In this document: piece by piece, positions 47,242-59,078 of the stretch
How positions within the stretch are numbered: position 1 is the stretch's first letter
How the letters are laid out: every line of letters begins with the position of its first letter
Virus record (IMG/VR): IMGVR_UViG_3300032050_000079
Location: 13,336-77,335 of that record
DNA: 64,000 nt
Source: a virus
Reading direction: 5' to 3' (one strand)
Program-made: the position numbers and the translations under genes
The notes under the pieces: model-generated
The model's input: the letters and a program-made list of their open reading frames with translations, nothing else
What the model was told of the DNA's origin: nothing
Database searches by the model: none

Positions 47242-48492
47242 TTATTTGTTTAAAATTATATAAGTGCTTCCATTGGAAGCAGAATGTGTATCTAAATCAG
47301 CTGTAGTGCCTGCTCTAACATCATAGTTTAATCCACTAGGAGTTTCTTCAGTTATTATAATAATAGCACCGCCTCCTCCAGCACCGCCTCTTTTTCCTGT
47401 AGCACCTGTCACTGCTGGTGCAGCAGCTCCTCCAGCACCACCAGCACCACCAGTCCAATGATGGCCAGGACTAACTGTACAGCATGGTGCATGAATAGTA
47501 GCGGAGTGATTATGGTGATGCCCATTATGTAGAGTTTCATGATAAGCACCATGAGATACAATTTTGTCATGATAAGCTGGAACATGATTATGATGACTGT
47601 AGTGATGCAGTGTGTGAGGTTCATGAATAACGGCGCTGTGGTGGTGGTGATCTGTCCTGTCTGGAGCTTTAGCTCCAGCTGCGCCTGCAGTGCCAGGTGA
47701 ACCCGCTGTTCCTGCAGAGCCCGTCGCACCAATCATTCCTAATGACATTACTGTGCCAGTTCCTGATATTGACTTAGCCATTATTGCTACTACTCCACCA
47801 CCATTAGCTCCAGATCCACCTGCCCCACCAGGACCTGGAGTTGCTCCTGTTGCAGTTCCGTCAGAGCCTGTTGCACCTTTTCCTCCAGGTACTCCAACAG
47901 TTGTACCAACAGTTGGATGAGTCCCATTAGAACCAGGAGATCCAGCTTTACCTGGCCAAGTGTCACTGTTTGTTAATGCTGGAGCACTAGCCCCGGTAGA
48001 ACCTGTTGTTCCTTTAGATCCACCAGATAAAACTAAGGCTGATGAACTTGCATATGTAGCATCAAAGACAACACCTGTAGCCGCTTCTATTCTAGATATT
48101 AAATAACTTGGAAGTGCTGTAATATTAGGATTGGTAGACCCACCGCCTTGGCCACCTATTCTATAGGATATAGTAGAAGATGTATGGCCAGCTACTGTGC
48201 CTGTAGATACGGAAGACCCTGGACTTGATATTGTTCCATTGGTAGATCCATTCGAGTTTCCAGAAACAGAACCTATTCCAATAACTCCGTTTATTATAGC
48301 TGTATTTTTTACAAATACACGAAATCCATTTGTAATTAGCACATTTCCCAATGGTATTGTTAGATTGTTATAATATTTATCTGAAGTTAATGTAATAGTT
48401 CCACTTATGGTCACATCGCCATCAGAACCATTCCCATAAGTTTCATCATTATTTACGCGTGATACACTAGTTTCTATTCGTGAGATTGCCAT
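47242..48492 (-). CDS. Glycine-rich virion fibre protein with a His-rich insertion
   Basis: YGNGSDGDVTI N-terminal domain shared with the upstream gene; GxxG repeats; about 22 His and a CC pair in ~65 aa. Confidence 0.7.
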   Translation of the reverse strand: MAISRIETSVSRVNNDETYGNGSDGDVTISGTITLTSDKYYNNLTIPLGNVLITNGFRVFVKNTAIINGVIGIGSVSGNSNGSTNGTISSPGSSVSTGTVAGHTSSTISYRIGGQGGGSTNPNITALPSYLISRIEAATGVVFDATYASSSALVLSGGSKGTTGSTGASAPALTNSDTWPGKAGSPGSNGTHPTVGTTVGVPGGKGATGSDGTATGATPGPGGAGGSGANGGGVVAIMAKSISGTGTVMSLGMIGATGSAGTAGSPGTAGAAGAKAPDRTDHHHHSAVIHEPHTLHHYSHHNHVPAYHDKIVSHGAYHETLHNGHHHNHSATIHAPCCTVSPGHHWTGGAGGAGGAAAPAVTGATGKRGGAGGGGAIIIITEETPSGLNYDVRAGTTADLDTHSASNGSTYIILNK

Positions 48493-48494
48493 AC

Positions 48495-49255
48495 TTACAC
48501 CTGTTGCATGTAATAGTAGGTTCCACTATTCTGACCCGTTACGTCCGTTGAGATAGATGCTGGAAGAGAAGATGTAGAAGAAACTAATAGTATCACTCCC
48601 CCACCAGCTGGTGCAGTTGCTGGTGCCTTAATGTATCCAGTCCCACTTGATGGCCCAGCTATATAACGTGCTGCAAGTATTATTACTCCACCACCAGCTT
48701 GACCAGACCCTCCTGCTCCACCTCTAAGAAATGTTGGTCCTCCAGATGCAGTGATTGAATAACCCGTAATTGCTTGTCTTGGAATCTGAAAATATGAAGA
48801 TCCACCCATAGCTGATGTTGGTGCTGTAGCAGAATATCCTGTAGCAGAGCCTCCCAAAGAATGTGTAACTGCTGTTGTAGCAGCTCCCCCTTGTGCTATA
48901 GAGCCAGCTGTAGAATAACCTGTAGTAAAACCAATTGTAGAGTCACTATTAAATTTTAAAGTACCTTTAACAAATATTCTATATCCATTTGGAGCAAGTC
49001 GAACATTGGCATTTATTGTTAAATCATTAAAATACATATCACGAGTCATTGAATAGACACTCGAAGATGGTGCCATACCCAAAATGGTTGTAGTGCCATC
49101 AAGTGTTATATCTCCATCTGATCCAGTACCATAGACTGCATCAGCGCCTTCATTATAATATGCTGCCCATACTGCGCCGTCCCACTGCCAACTCTTAGAG
49201 CCGACAGTATAAATCTGGTTTGTGTATGGAGATGAAGGGAAAGTAATTGCAGCCA

Positions 49256-49256
<1 letters not shown>
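48495..49256 (-). CDS. Glycine-rich virion fibre protein
   Basis: FPSSP...SWQWDGAVW N-terminal module, then a YGTGSDGDITL Gly-rich domain. Confidence 0.65.
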
Positions 49257-50653
<1,397 letters not shown>

Positions 50654-50691
50654 TCACTCCATATTAACTAAGTTATTATAACATAAATTAA

Positions 50692-53049
50692 TTAGAATGT
50701 GCCACCATCAATAGTGTAACTGTCAACTCCAAGTGTAGTTCTTGCTGTTGCTGCGTCTGCGTCATCCAATACGGTTCTCATAAAAGAACTTAATGTTGTC
50801 ACTGCAGCAGTTCCTGATCCAGTAAAATATGGAAGCTTATCTGATGCAGATGTTAAACCGGCTATTGCTGCAAGATTTGCACTATAGGCTTGAACATCAG
50901 TATTAATTGCTAAACCTAAATTGGTTCTTGCATCAGGAGCTGATGTTGCTCCAGTTCCACCTTTAGCTACAGATATTGCAGTAGCATTCCATGTTCCTGT
51001 TGCGATTGTTCCAACAGTCGTAATTGAGCTCTGTCCTGCGTAGGTGGAGGCAATGGTGATTGAGTCAGTATCTACTGTAATCTTGTCTGTTGTTCCACCA
51101 ACTGCTAAGACTCCAGAAGATATTGTCAGGCCAGCTCCTGCTACAGAAGACTTCAATTGAAGTGCATCTGTATCGATTTCGATTCCACCATTAGTTGCAA
51201 CATTTACATTAAATTCAGTTCCATTAATTGAAAGGCCTGAACCTGCGCTATATAAACCTGCTCCAGAGAATTGACTCCAGACTTGACCACTAAAGTCGGT
51301 AAGGTTATCTGCTGTTTGTACCCATCCAGTATTGGCATAAGTGGTCCCCTGCTGAACGAATACCGCCAATCCACGAAGCTCAGTATAAACATCTACGTCT
51401 GAAGATCTAGTTAAAGTATAAGATCCGCCAGTTATTGCAACGTCATATATACCTTTTTGACTAGCAGTTGTTTGTCCTGTTAAAAGAACTCTTTCGCCAT
51501 CATTAAGGGTATGGCCATCAATTTCTAATGGAGTTGACCCCGTTAATGCAACGTTTGAACTACCCAATACATGAACTGCTTGCTTCCAAGACAGTCCTGT
51601 AACTCTATTATCTACGTAATATTTTGTAGCAGCGTCTGTATCCAAGGTTGGTTCTGCAACACCAGTAATTCTAGAAGAAGCTACGTCTACTGTTCCAGTA
51701 CCATTTGGGCTCAGCGTTATATTACCATTGGTGTCTGTTGAAGTAATTGAATTTCCGTTAAAGTTAAGATTATCAACTGTAAGCTCTGTGATTCCAGCTA
51801 CCGAAGTAGTTGTTGAACCAAGAGTTAAAGTGCTTGAGCCAAGAGTAATTGTAGAGTTTACGAGCTCTGCGTTTGACACTCCTCCGTCTTTAATCGTAAC
51901 TGCTCCAGATGCTACAGCAAAATTATCCGAACTAAAAGATGCTATTCCTTTATTTGAAGTAGTTGCATCTTCTCCGGAAATTGTAATTGTATTATTAGAA
52001 ACTACGGTATCAATTCCCTCGCCACCGCTAAATTGTAAGGTGTCAGTTCCAAGAGCAACAGCGTCTGCGGTTCCAGTATCTGCACCCACTGTTAGAGTTG
52101 TAGAGATAGACTGTGTGGTTACCGCAGTAACTAAACCTTTTCCATTTACCGTAATCACAGGTATGGCGGTGGATGAGCCAAATGCTCCAGTATTTGAGTT
52201 CACAGTGTCAAGGGTTACCTCTATACTTGTGCTGCCAAGGTTGGTCATTGTGGCGCTACCGTCAACGTCACCAGTAATTGTTATGGTTGGATCATTAACA
52301 TTAAAATCTAACTTGCCGCTATCATCATCATATGTTACAGAAATTCCTGACTCTGTATTTGAAGAAACCATTGCTCCAACGATGTCTTGAATTCTTTCTG
52401 CATTTAAAGTAACGTTACCAGTTGTAACAGAAAAGTCAGTTGAGTCAAAGGATGCAAGTCCTGTTTGACTTGTGCTTGCAACTCTTATGTTGGTATTGCT
52501 GGCTGCGGTTAATCTTCCTTTTGCGTCAACAGTAAATCCTGCGACAGCGGTAGATGACCCATATGAACCAGCGGTAACAGTTGTGTCGGTTAAAGAAAGG
52601 TCAATTGCACCGTCGCCTGCGTCATCGTAAGATGCTGAAATTCCGGTATGAGAACCGTTAGTTGCTATTTGTGCTCCAACTATATCTTGTACTTGCTCAG
52701 CACTAACGGTAGCAGTAGACACTGCTGAATCAACGTAAGCGGTTGTAGCTACTTTTGTGCTATTGTCACTTGCAGACTGTGTTGTGGCAGTTGCGGACGA
52801 TCCTAATGCAATAGTGCCTGAAAATGTTTTATTGCCACTTATGGTTTGAGTAGTGCCCTTGGTAACATATGCTCCAGCTCCTGCAATTGCTTCAACTGTA
52901 GTCGCAGTGCCACCAGCTCCACCAGTACCCTTGCCGTAATAAAGGGTATCATCAGCCTCGTTATAAGCTAACTCTGCGTTTTCTAACGATGAAGGAGCTC
53001 CTGTTGCGCCTCCAGATGACCTTCTTTTAATTCTTATTGTATTAGCCAT
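50692..53049 (-). CDS. Long Ser/Thr/Gly-rich fibre protein
   Basis: MANTIRIKRR..ELAYNEADDTLYYG N-terminal module, ATTAYV, DAATKYYVD, GGTGATSA..ARTNLGL and C-terminal DGGTF. Confidence 0.75.
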   Translation of the reverse strand: MANTIRIKRRSSGGATGAPSSLENAELAYNEADDTLYYGKGTGGAGGTATTVEAIAGAGAYVTKGTTQTISGNKTFSGTIALGSSATATTQSASDNSTKVATTAYVDSAVSTATVSAEQVQDIVGAQIATNGSHTGISASYDDAGDGAIDLSLTDTTVTAGSYGSSTAVAGFTVDAKGRLTAASNTNIRVASTSQTGLASFDSTDFSVTTGNVTLNAERIQDIVGAMVSSNTESGISVTYDDDSGKLDFNVNDPTITITGDVDGSATMTNLGSTSIEVTLDTVNSNTGAFGSSTAIPVITVNGKGLVTAVTTQSISTTLTVGADTGTADAVALGTDTLQFSGGEGIDTVVSNNTITISGEDATTSNKGIASFSSDNFAVASGAVTIKDGGVSNAELVNSTITLGSSTLTLGSTTTSVAGITELTVDNLNFNGNSITSTDTNGNITLSPNGTGTVDVASSRITGVAEPTLDTDAATKYYVDNRVTGLSWKQAVHVLGSSNVALTGSTPLEIDGHTLNDGERVLLTGQTTASQKGIYDVAITGGSYTLTRSSDVDVYTELRGLAVFVQQGTTYANTGWVQTADNLTDFSGQVWSQFSGAGLYSAGSGLSINGTEFNVNVATNGGIEIDTDALQLKSSVAGAGLTISSGVLAVGGTTDKITVDTDSITIASTYAGQSSITTVGTIATGTWNATAISVAKGGTGATSAPDARTNLGLAINTDVQAYSANLAAIAGLTSASDKLPYFTGSGTAAVTTLSSFMRTVLDDADAATARTTLGVDSYTIDGGTF

Positions 53050-53051
53050 TT

Positions 53052-53390
53052 TTAAAAGTTTCCTCCATCGGTAAGATTGCTCTCAGAGTAATTTACCCAT
53101 TGAGAGCCGTTGTAGCGTAATATGTTTCCACTGGCAGCTGAAGTTATAGTAACATCAGTAAGACCATTTAAAACTGATTGTGTTGATATACTTGTTTCTG
53201 TGGCGATAATTCTATCTTTTACAGTTAGATGAGATCCAGCTGGATTAACGCCAAGCACTGTCTGTATGGCTTCAATTGCGTCATTAGCATTTGCGTGCTG
53301 TAAATGGTGCGGAACTGTAACAGAGTTTAGCCTGTCAGAAGTTGTTGGATTAACTAGATTATCTAAAGATGTTGGATAATTTGTTGCCAT
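53052..53390 (-). CDS. Small fibre/adaptor virion protein
   Basis: MATNYPTSLD, NDAIEAIQ..LG, LNGLTDV...LRYNGSQWVN and C-terminal DGGNF. Confidence 0.6.
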   Translation of the reverse strand: MATNYPTSLDNLVNPTTSDRLNSVTVPHHLQHANANDAIEAIQTVLGVNPAGSHLTVKDRIIATETSISTQSVLNGLTDVTITSAASGNILRYNGSQWVNYSESNLTDGGNF

Positions 53391-53398
53391 GATATTCC

Positions 53399-53809
53399 TT
53401 ATAAAGATATAATTTTTGTGGAATCGTTATTCCACACTATAGTAACATCGGCAGATGTATTTACTGTAGAAAATGGTAGACCTGTTGATGTATCTAGATA
53501 TGCTATCAATCTAGAAGTTGAATCAGATCCACTATCCACATATAGTGCTAAAGAGTTAAAAGAATTTCCAGAATAATTTAATATATTTAAATCGTCTGCG
53601 TCAAAAACTCCCAAAGTTACACTTTTATTATTTAAAGCTGAACTTCTTTCTTCAATACACAGAGCATTAATATCTGATACAAACTGATGTGTTTCTGCAT
53701 TTGGAGTATATGAATTATTTAAAATTAATACTTTTATTGTATTTGAATACAGATTAATTTCACCTTTTAAAAAAGACTCTTTTGCTTTTTTATAAATAAA
53801 ATTAGCCAT
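53399..53809 (-). CDS. Conserved phage structural protein
   Basis: GEINL.SNTIKVLIL...VFDADD...LIAYLD pattern, common in virion proteins. Confidence 0.55.
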   Translation of the reverse strand: MANFIYKKAKESFLKGEINLYSNTIKVLILNNSYTPNAETHQFVSDINALCIEERSSALNNKSVTLGVFDADDLNILNYSGNSFNSLALYVDSGSDSTSRLIAYLDTSTGLPFSTVNTSADVTIVWNNDSTKIISL

Positions 53810-54579
53810 TAAACACCAACGTCTTTAGAAACTATAATTCTATACTTATATCCTGACTCATAATATAAAGAGTCTTCTTCATTGTAAAGTGGTGTTGCAT
53901 CATCAGAAGGAAAGTCCACATACACTTCTGGCTTCCAAGAATGCATAGAAACATTTGCCGAAACATTTTCCCATCTTGATGGTGATCTCTGTATCTTTTT
54001 TCTTTGAGCTTTAAAATAAAAATTGTTTAAAAAGTTAGATGCTGGACGAGAGCTAAATGTTATCGTCACTCTTCCATTATTGTATCCATTATCTAAATAA
54101 AAATCGCCATTAGATGGATCAACTGAAGCTATATAAAAATTAGGATTTTTTGCTATTATCTGAACAGAGGTGTAAGCGTCTGTTCTAATTGAATGATCTT
54201 CAATATAAACTTCTTGAATTTCTGGAACTTTAATTGAAGAAAAACTAGAAGGTGTTGCAGCTTCTGTTGTTTCAAAGATTACCTGTTCTTCAGATATTAG
54301 CTCGTTTGCAGCGTCTAGGAAATTTACTAGTCTTATTTTATATTCTGTTTGACTCTGCAAAACAGTATCCCAGTATAAAGTTAATGTTCTTGATACCTGG
54401 TTATAATCTGTTATGGTATTAATTGTTAAAAATGGGCCAGTTACCGAACTTGGAGTAGCTGCATTGGTCTGTACAATAAAATTTTCATTTTTTAACGAAG
54501 AGATTTTTATTGTTCTCCCGAATTTAATAATTGCAGTATTTAAAGTCACTTCTGCGTGTTCGATTAAATTAAGCGCCAC
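53809..54579 (-). CDS. Ig-like domain virion protein
   Basis: Two beta-sandwich-like repeats (IIKFGR..., VTITFSSRP..., YKYRIIV). GTG start with an AGGAG RBS. Confidence 0.55.
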   Translation of the reverse strand: MALNLIEHAEVTLNTAIIKFGRTIKISSLKNENFIVQTNAATPSSVTGPFLTINTITDYNQVSRTLTLYWDTVLQSQTEYKIRLVNFLDAANELISEEQVIFETTEAATPSSFSSIKVPEIQEVYIEDHSIRTDAYTSVQIIAKNPNFYIASVDPSNGDFYLDNGYNNGRVTITFSSRPASNFLNNFYFKAQRKKIQRSPSRWENVSANVSMHSWKPEVYVDFPSDDATPLYNEEDSLYYESGYKYRIIVSKDVGV

Positions 54580-54605
54580 ATTATTCTCCTAAATCATTTA
54601 TAAAT

Positions 54606-54613
54606 ACTAGTAA
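54606..54613 (-). promoter_or_regulatory. Candidate late-promoter motif TTACTAGT just after the capsid terminator
   Basis: Intergenic copy of the shared motif. Confidence 0.5.
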
Positions 54614-54629
54614 CAAAAAAAGCTTGGAT

Positions 54630-54667
54630 AATAAACAAAGGGAGTGGCTTTTACACCACTCCCTTTG
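54630..54667 (-). terminator. Rho-independent terminator after the major capsid gene
   Basis: Perfect 12-bp stem CAAAGGGAGTGG / CCACTCCCTTTG with an 8-nt loop, then TTTATT on the minus strand. Confidence 0.85.
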
Positions 54668-54703
54668 CCCCGGGTATCGTAACTATAACACCCTAAGGTA
54701 TTG

Positions 54704-55768
54704 TTAGCTCAAAGCTACGTCGTTTGTAACCTGAACCTCGTAGTTGCGTGCTAGTCTAACACCCTTAGCAACGGTAATACCTTCACCGTCACCAAGCATT
54801 ACGATGTCGTAGCGCTCTTTCATCTTCATTGAGCGAATGTCACGGCTTGGATCATCGAACTGATCTGTGCTCATGTCATCCTTAACAAGAAGGGTACCAA
54901 CTTCGTTGCGGTCGATCAAGAATAGATCTGACTTAGCAGCGGTTGCACCACTCTTTGCAGTGAAGCTTACGAAAGGTGAAACGATTACGTTAAGGCCCAT
55001 GGGAGCAGTTGCGTTAAGCGCTGCTTCCTTGGACTGAGGACGATAGCCCCAGCTAGTGTTGACTGCAGCTGCTGAACCGCCTGTGTGGAAGATCGCATCC
55101 TTAAGGAATACGGACCACATAAGTGGGTGCAGAATAAAGTCGGTTGGAATGTGATTCTCTGCCATTAGAACAGCAGCCATATCAATGATGTCGTCCCATG
55201 TAACGGTCTTGTTATAGGCACCGTCGATGTCACGACCAGTTGTATCATCGTATGAACCGCTATCGTTGTCAAAGACGATTGTTGCAGCGTCCTTGAAACG
55301 GCTTAGAGCGATCTGTTCCTTAAGGCGAGCCATTGCACGCCCTGCAGCTCTTACGTGAAGCCCAACGATATCCCAAAGTGAGTCTGCAATGACTTCTTCG
55401 GTAAATGCTAGCTTAACGCCCTTCTTCGAGACTTTGCCCTCGATTTGCTTTGCAAAAGCGAGTGCTTGCTCTGGATACTCTTGTCCTTCGGGAATCTCTG
55501 CTGCTTGGATAGCGTTTACTGCAGGGAACTCCAAAGAGCGTCCCTTTCCGAGGCGAACTGTTGAAAGAAGCGGTGTTACCAACAATTGTGGCTCTGCTGC
55601 TTCCTTAAGAGTACGAGAGATAATCTTGGGGAAGAGAATTGCTGCATCTGGCGATGCAAACGCTTCCTTAATAGTTACTCTGTTGTCTTCGTCAATGTGT
55701 CCATCCTCGGCCAGCGCGGCTTCCCAAGCTGGGAGACCCGAGAGGAGCTCTTGGATTGTCTTACTCAT
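54704..55768 (-). CDS. Major capsid protein (HK97 fold)
   Basis: AAEIPEGQEYP, KKGVKLAFTEEVIADS, PTDFILHP and MKERYDIV; follows the protease and decoration genes; strong GGAGG RBS and a terminator. Confidence 0.9.
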   Translation of the reverse strand: MSKTIQELLSGLPAWEAALAEDGHIDEDNRVTIKEAFASPDAAILFPKIISRTLKEAAEPQLLVTPLLSTVRLGKGRSLEFPAVNAIQAAEIPEGQEYPEQALAFAKQIEGKVSKKGVKLAFTEEVIADSLWDIVGLHVRAAGRAMARLKEQIALSRFKDAATIVFDNDSGSYDDTTGRDIDGAYNKTVTWDDIIDMAAVLMAENHIPTDFILHPLMWSVFLKDAIFHTGGSAAAVNTSWGYRPQSKEAALNATAPMGLNVIVSPFVSFTAKSGATAAKSDLFLIDRNEVGTLLVKDDMSTDQFDDPSRDIRSMKMKERYDIVMLGDGEGITVAKGVRLARNYEVQVTNDVALS

Positions 55769-55796
55769 CTTAGGATTATTCCTCCTGTGTTATTGT

Positions 55797-56573
55797 TTAT
55801 ATTGTGAGATTAACGCGGAACGCGCCAATTACGTTGTGGACATCCAGGTTGCTACGGATACCAAGCTTACCAGAATATGTTCCAGCTCTTGTAAGCTCGA
55901 ACACAGTCTTAAGTGCACCTGGATCTGAAGGAAGCTGCATGTAGGAAAGAAGACCATCATCGAAGTTGGTTGCAAACTTTTCTACTTCTATAACCTTACC
56001 AACCTGGAGGTAAGAATATACTGCAGAGCTATTGTATAGATCTGCTGCAGCTGCCTTTACTGGACGTCCCATGTGATCGGAACGAACGATATCACCTACT
56101 GCTAAATCTGAGTTAATGGTCTGAACCATTGGGTACTCAATGTAGCCGTGTGTGATAAATCCTGCACCTTGTGAGGTGCCTTTGTCGAATGGGCGGTACA
56201 GATCATACTGTGCTACGCCAATTGGAACTGATCTTGCTGGAACAACGACAGTGTCGGTTGCGCCGGAGCTGTAGCTTGGGGTTGCACCATCAAGTGGGTC
56301 CCAGCTTGTTGGCATGTTGTCACCCCAGGTAACTGCAGATGAGGTACCATTAGCTGGTGCTACTTCTGCGTCGCCAGTGGTTCCATTAGCTACAACTGAA
56401 AGAATTGTTCCTTTAGGAATGACGATCTCAAAGCGATCATCTTCACTATCTAGATACCAGGTTGGAAGACCAGCGGCTGGAAGGAGGTATGCGGCTGGGG
56501 CAATGCCCTCTGAAACCACAAGACGACCAGAACCAGTTTTAGTTCCTACCTTACGAAATTTTGCTAAGCTCAT
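55797..56573 (-). CDS. Capsid decoration/cement-like protein
   Basis: Between the scaffold and MCP genes; IVIPKGTIL, PIGVAQYD and VGDIVRSD..GRPV beta-tulip-like patterns. Confidence 0.6.
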   Translation of the reverse strand: MSLAKFRKVGTKTGSGRLVVSEGIAPAAYLLPAAGLPTWYLDSEDDRFEIVIPKGTILSVVANGTTGDAEVAPANGTSSAVTWGDNMPTSWDPLDGATPSYSSGATDTVVVPARSVPIGVAQYDLYRPFDKGTSQGAGFITHGYIEYPMVQTINSDLAVGDIVRSDHMGRPVKAAAADLYNSSAVYSYLQVGKVIEVEKFATNFDDGLLSYMQLPSDPGALKTVFELTRAGTYSGKLGIRSNLDVHNVIGAFRVNLTI

Positions 56574-56602
56574 TTGTTTTTCTCCTTAAGCAAAGTATTG
56601 GT

Positions 56603-58220
56603 TTAAAGTTTACGGCGACCCATAAGAGCGTCTACAAATATTTGTTCGACACTTGGGGCTTTTTCTTCTTGTTCTTCCTTGACTTCACCATCAACAGTAA
56701 GAACATTGTTCTCACCCTCTACGGCTTCAATCTCAGAATTCATTTCTGGCATTGATCCCTTTGCAGCTTTAACTGCAGGCATCTTTGCCAAGTCTCTTAA
56801 AGAATCAGCTAATGAAGATGCTGTTCTAGTTGAGTGATCCTCAATTAGACCTTCTCTTGCTTCAGCGCTCTCTACTCCTGCAGAAATTTTTGCATCAACA
56901 ACTCTTTCTACGAGAGTTCTATGTAGAGCGTTCTTAAGTTTCGCATTTTCTTCCTCAAGCAGCTTTACTTTTTGTAGTAAGGTAGTCTCATCGGTCTCAG
57001 CGACTTCTTCTTTATTGTCGTTGAGTGAATCCTCTTTTTGCTCCTCTTCGGAAACAGTCTGAGTTTCCTCAGACTTCTCTTCTGACTTTTCAGCTTTTTC
57101 GGAATCAACAGCTTCTTCAGCTTGTACATCCGCCTTATCTGAATTGTCTTCTGAGACCTTTTCTTCAGCTTCTGGCTTTTCTTCAGCGTCTTCTGCTGGA
57201 GCTTCTTCTGAACCTTCTGGATCAGAAACTTGCTCTTCAGCTTTTGGTTGCTCTTTCTCTTCGCCAGACTCTGATGCAATTGAAGACAAATCGCTACTGA
57301 GCTCTTCGGCTACAGCAAGGATGTCTTCTTGTGTTTCAACATTGTCCATTGTTTTAATCTCCTGAGAATCAGTACTGATTTTTTCATCTCCATCAGATAG
57401 TAATGAGTTATTGCTATTATTATAATTTTCGCTTTCATGCACTGAAAGCGCAGTTAAGAAAGACCCTTTAAGATGGAGATATAAAGGTTTTGATTCTTTC
57501 TTTTTAAGAGAAGTAAGAACTGATTGATTTTCCTCAATTGATACTATATCTTCCTCATTCATATGAAGAACAAACGCAGAACTCTTAGCCACCCATTGGC
57601 CATCTGTTGTAGCGACGTCAGCAGAATCAGGACCCTTGACTGATCTAACGCTTGACTTTGAGTCTGCTGGCTGATTAACAAAAGAATATTCTTTAAAAGA
57701 AATATCTTGCATATCGACATATGCTAGTTTACCTTTATAGACTTGACCTCTTCTGTACTTTGAAATAGGTGGTCTTCCAGCTTCAGTTTCTTTAGCGAGG
57801 TCTGTTCCACTAATTGAACAAACGGCCTTATTAGCTCTTCCGCCAACTGATCCAGTTAAGTATCTTTTATCTAAGACTTTTTGCACAGCAACTGGATCTG
57901 TAATTGCAATCTGCAATCTTACATAAGATGAGCCATCTTGCTCTTTGTCCATTTTTGCTGCCATAACTCTACCAATTGGTTCAGAGTTTAAGTCATGATT
58001 TAAAATGATTGGCTTTGGATATGGCTCAACCCAAGACTGGAGAGCCTTTTCTAACTCAATAGCTGAGTAGTTATTATAGTTTCCGTGTCAAGCCCTCATG
58101 AATTGCGGCGACTTCTATAATTAAGCCTTGATTTAAATTGTTTGCTTCCTCAAAAGAAAAATCTGATTGAGAGAAGTCAGGTAGCTTTATTGTAAAGTTT
58201 TCAACAAAGTCAAAAGCCAT
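56603..58220 (-). CDS. Prohead protease fused to an acidic scaffold (~538 aa); needs a +1 shift at 58083-58085
   Basis: ATG at 58220 with a GGAG RBS; AAIHEGLT|GNYNNY...PIILNHD...PIGRV...YLTGSVGG...EYSFVNQPAD; Glu-rich coiled-coil C-terminal half. Confidence 0.8.
58083..58085 (-). other. +1 frameshift site (ACA CGG A -> ACA GGA), codon 46
   Basis: The unshifted frame stops two codons later; the shifted frame carries the protease NHD motif. Confidence 0.85.
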
Positions 58221-58249
58221 GTTTACTCCATTTTTATTAGATCAAAATA

Positions 58250-58257
58250 TATAGTAA
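58250..58257 (-). promoter_or_regulatory. Candidate late-promoter motif TTACTATA upstream of the protease gene
   Basis: Intergenic copy of the shared motif. Confidence 0.5.
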
Positions 58258-58295
58258 TTTAGTTTTATAACATTAAACAATTTTATATAAAGATA

Positions 58296-59078
58296 TCACG
58301 TTTTTATATACTTTTCAAAAAGAACAGATTCTCTTTGATCGCCTTCCTTTAAGAAGTTAGGAAGAAGCTCTTGATGCATTAGGTGTGGAGCATAAAGGTA
58401 TGCTGCACTGTACAGATCTAGGCCTTTTCTTTTTGCGTCTAGGCACCAGCCCAAATCTTCTCCTTGAGAATGAAATTCATAATTAATATTTTCGTAAGTT
58501 TTCTTTGACATCATTTTTGCTGCCATTATTATATCTGTTTTAAAATAACTTCCAATTGGATATGACTCTTCTCGATATGCTTTGTCTGATCCGTCATTTT
58601 TCCAAGTCATTACACTTGGAAAGTTTGTGTCAAACGGAGTCATAAACATCAGTGGACTAACTGCATCTGCACCATCATCAATATGAGCCATGAGTAGCTC
58701 TATTGTAGAAGGATGCTTTATTATTATATCAGAGTCTAAACTAAAATAATAATCAGGTTTTATTTCTCTTACTTTTTCTAAAAGAGAGTTTCTAAGATTT
58801 ACCATATTATGATACTTAGACATTGTCCATTGTCTGGAATTAGCAGAATGCTCAAAGTGAGGAATGTCTTCTCTTATAACAATCTCATAGTGAGGAATCT
58901 CTGGATGTACGCTAGCAAACTTTTTTAAGAATGCAATTGTTTCTTCGTCATCTGGAGATGTTTCAAAAACAAAACCTATGTCTGACAAAGATATTGACTG
59001 TCTTTCAATTGCTGATGCCCATAAGGGGAATATCCAACTTCTTTTATAAATTGGACAACCAATTAATATTTTCATCAT
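58296..59078 (-). CDS. GT-A fold (family 2-like) glycosyltransferase
   Basis: KILIGCP, LRNSLL, YYFSLDSD (DxD) and GEDLGWC. Confidence 0.8.
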   Translation of the reverse strand: MMKILIGCPIYKRSWIFPLWASAIERQSISLSDIGFVFETSPDDEETIAFLKKFASVHPEIPHYEIVIREDIPHFEHSANSRQWTMSKYHNMVNLRNSLLEKVREIKPDYYFSLDSDIIIKHPSTIELLMAHIDDGADAVSPLMFMTPFDTNFPSVMTWKNDGSDKAYREESYPIGSYFKTDIIMAAKMMSKKTYENINYEFHSQGEDLGWCLDAKRKGLDLYSAAYLYAPHLMHQELLPNFLKEGDQRESVLFEKYIKT

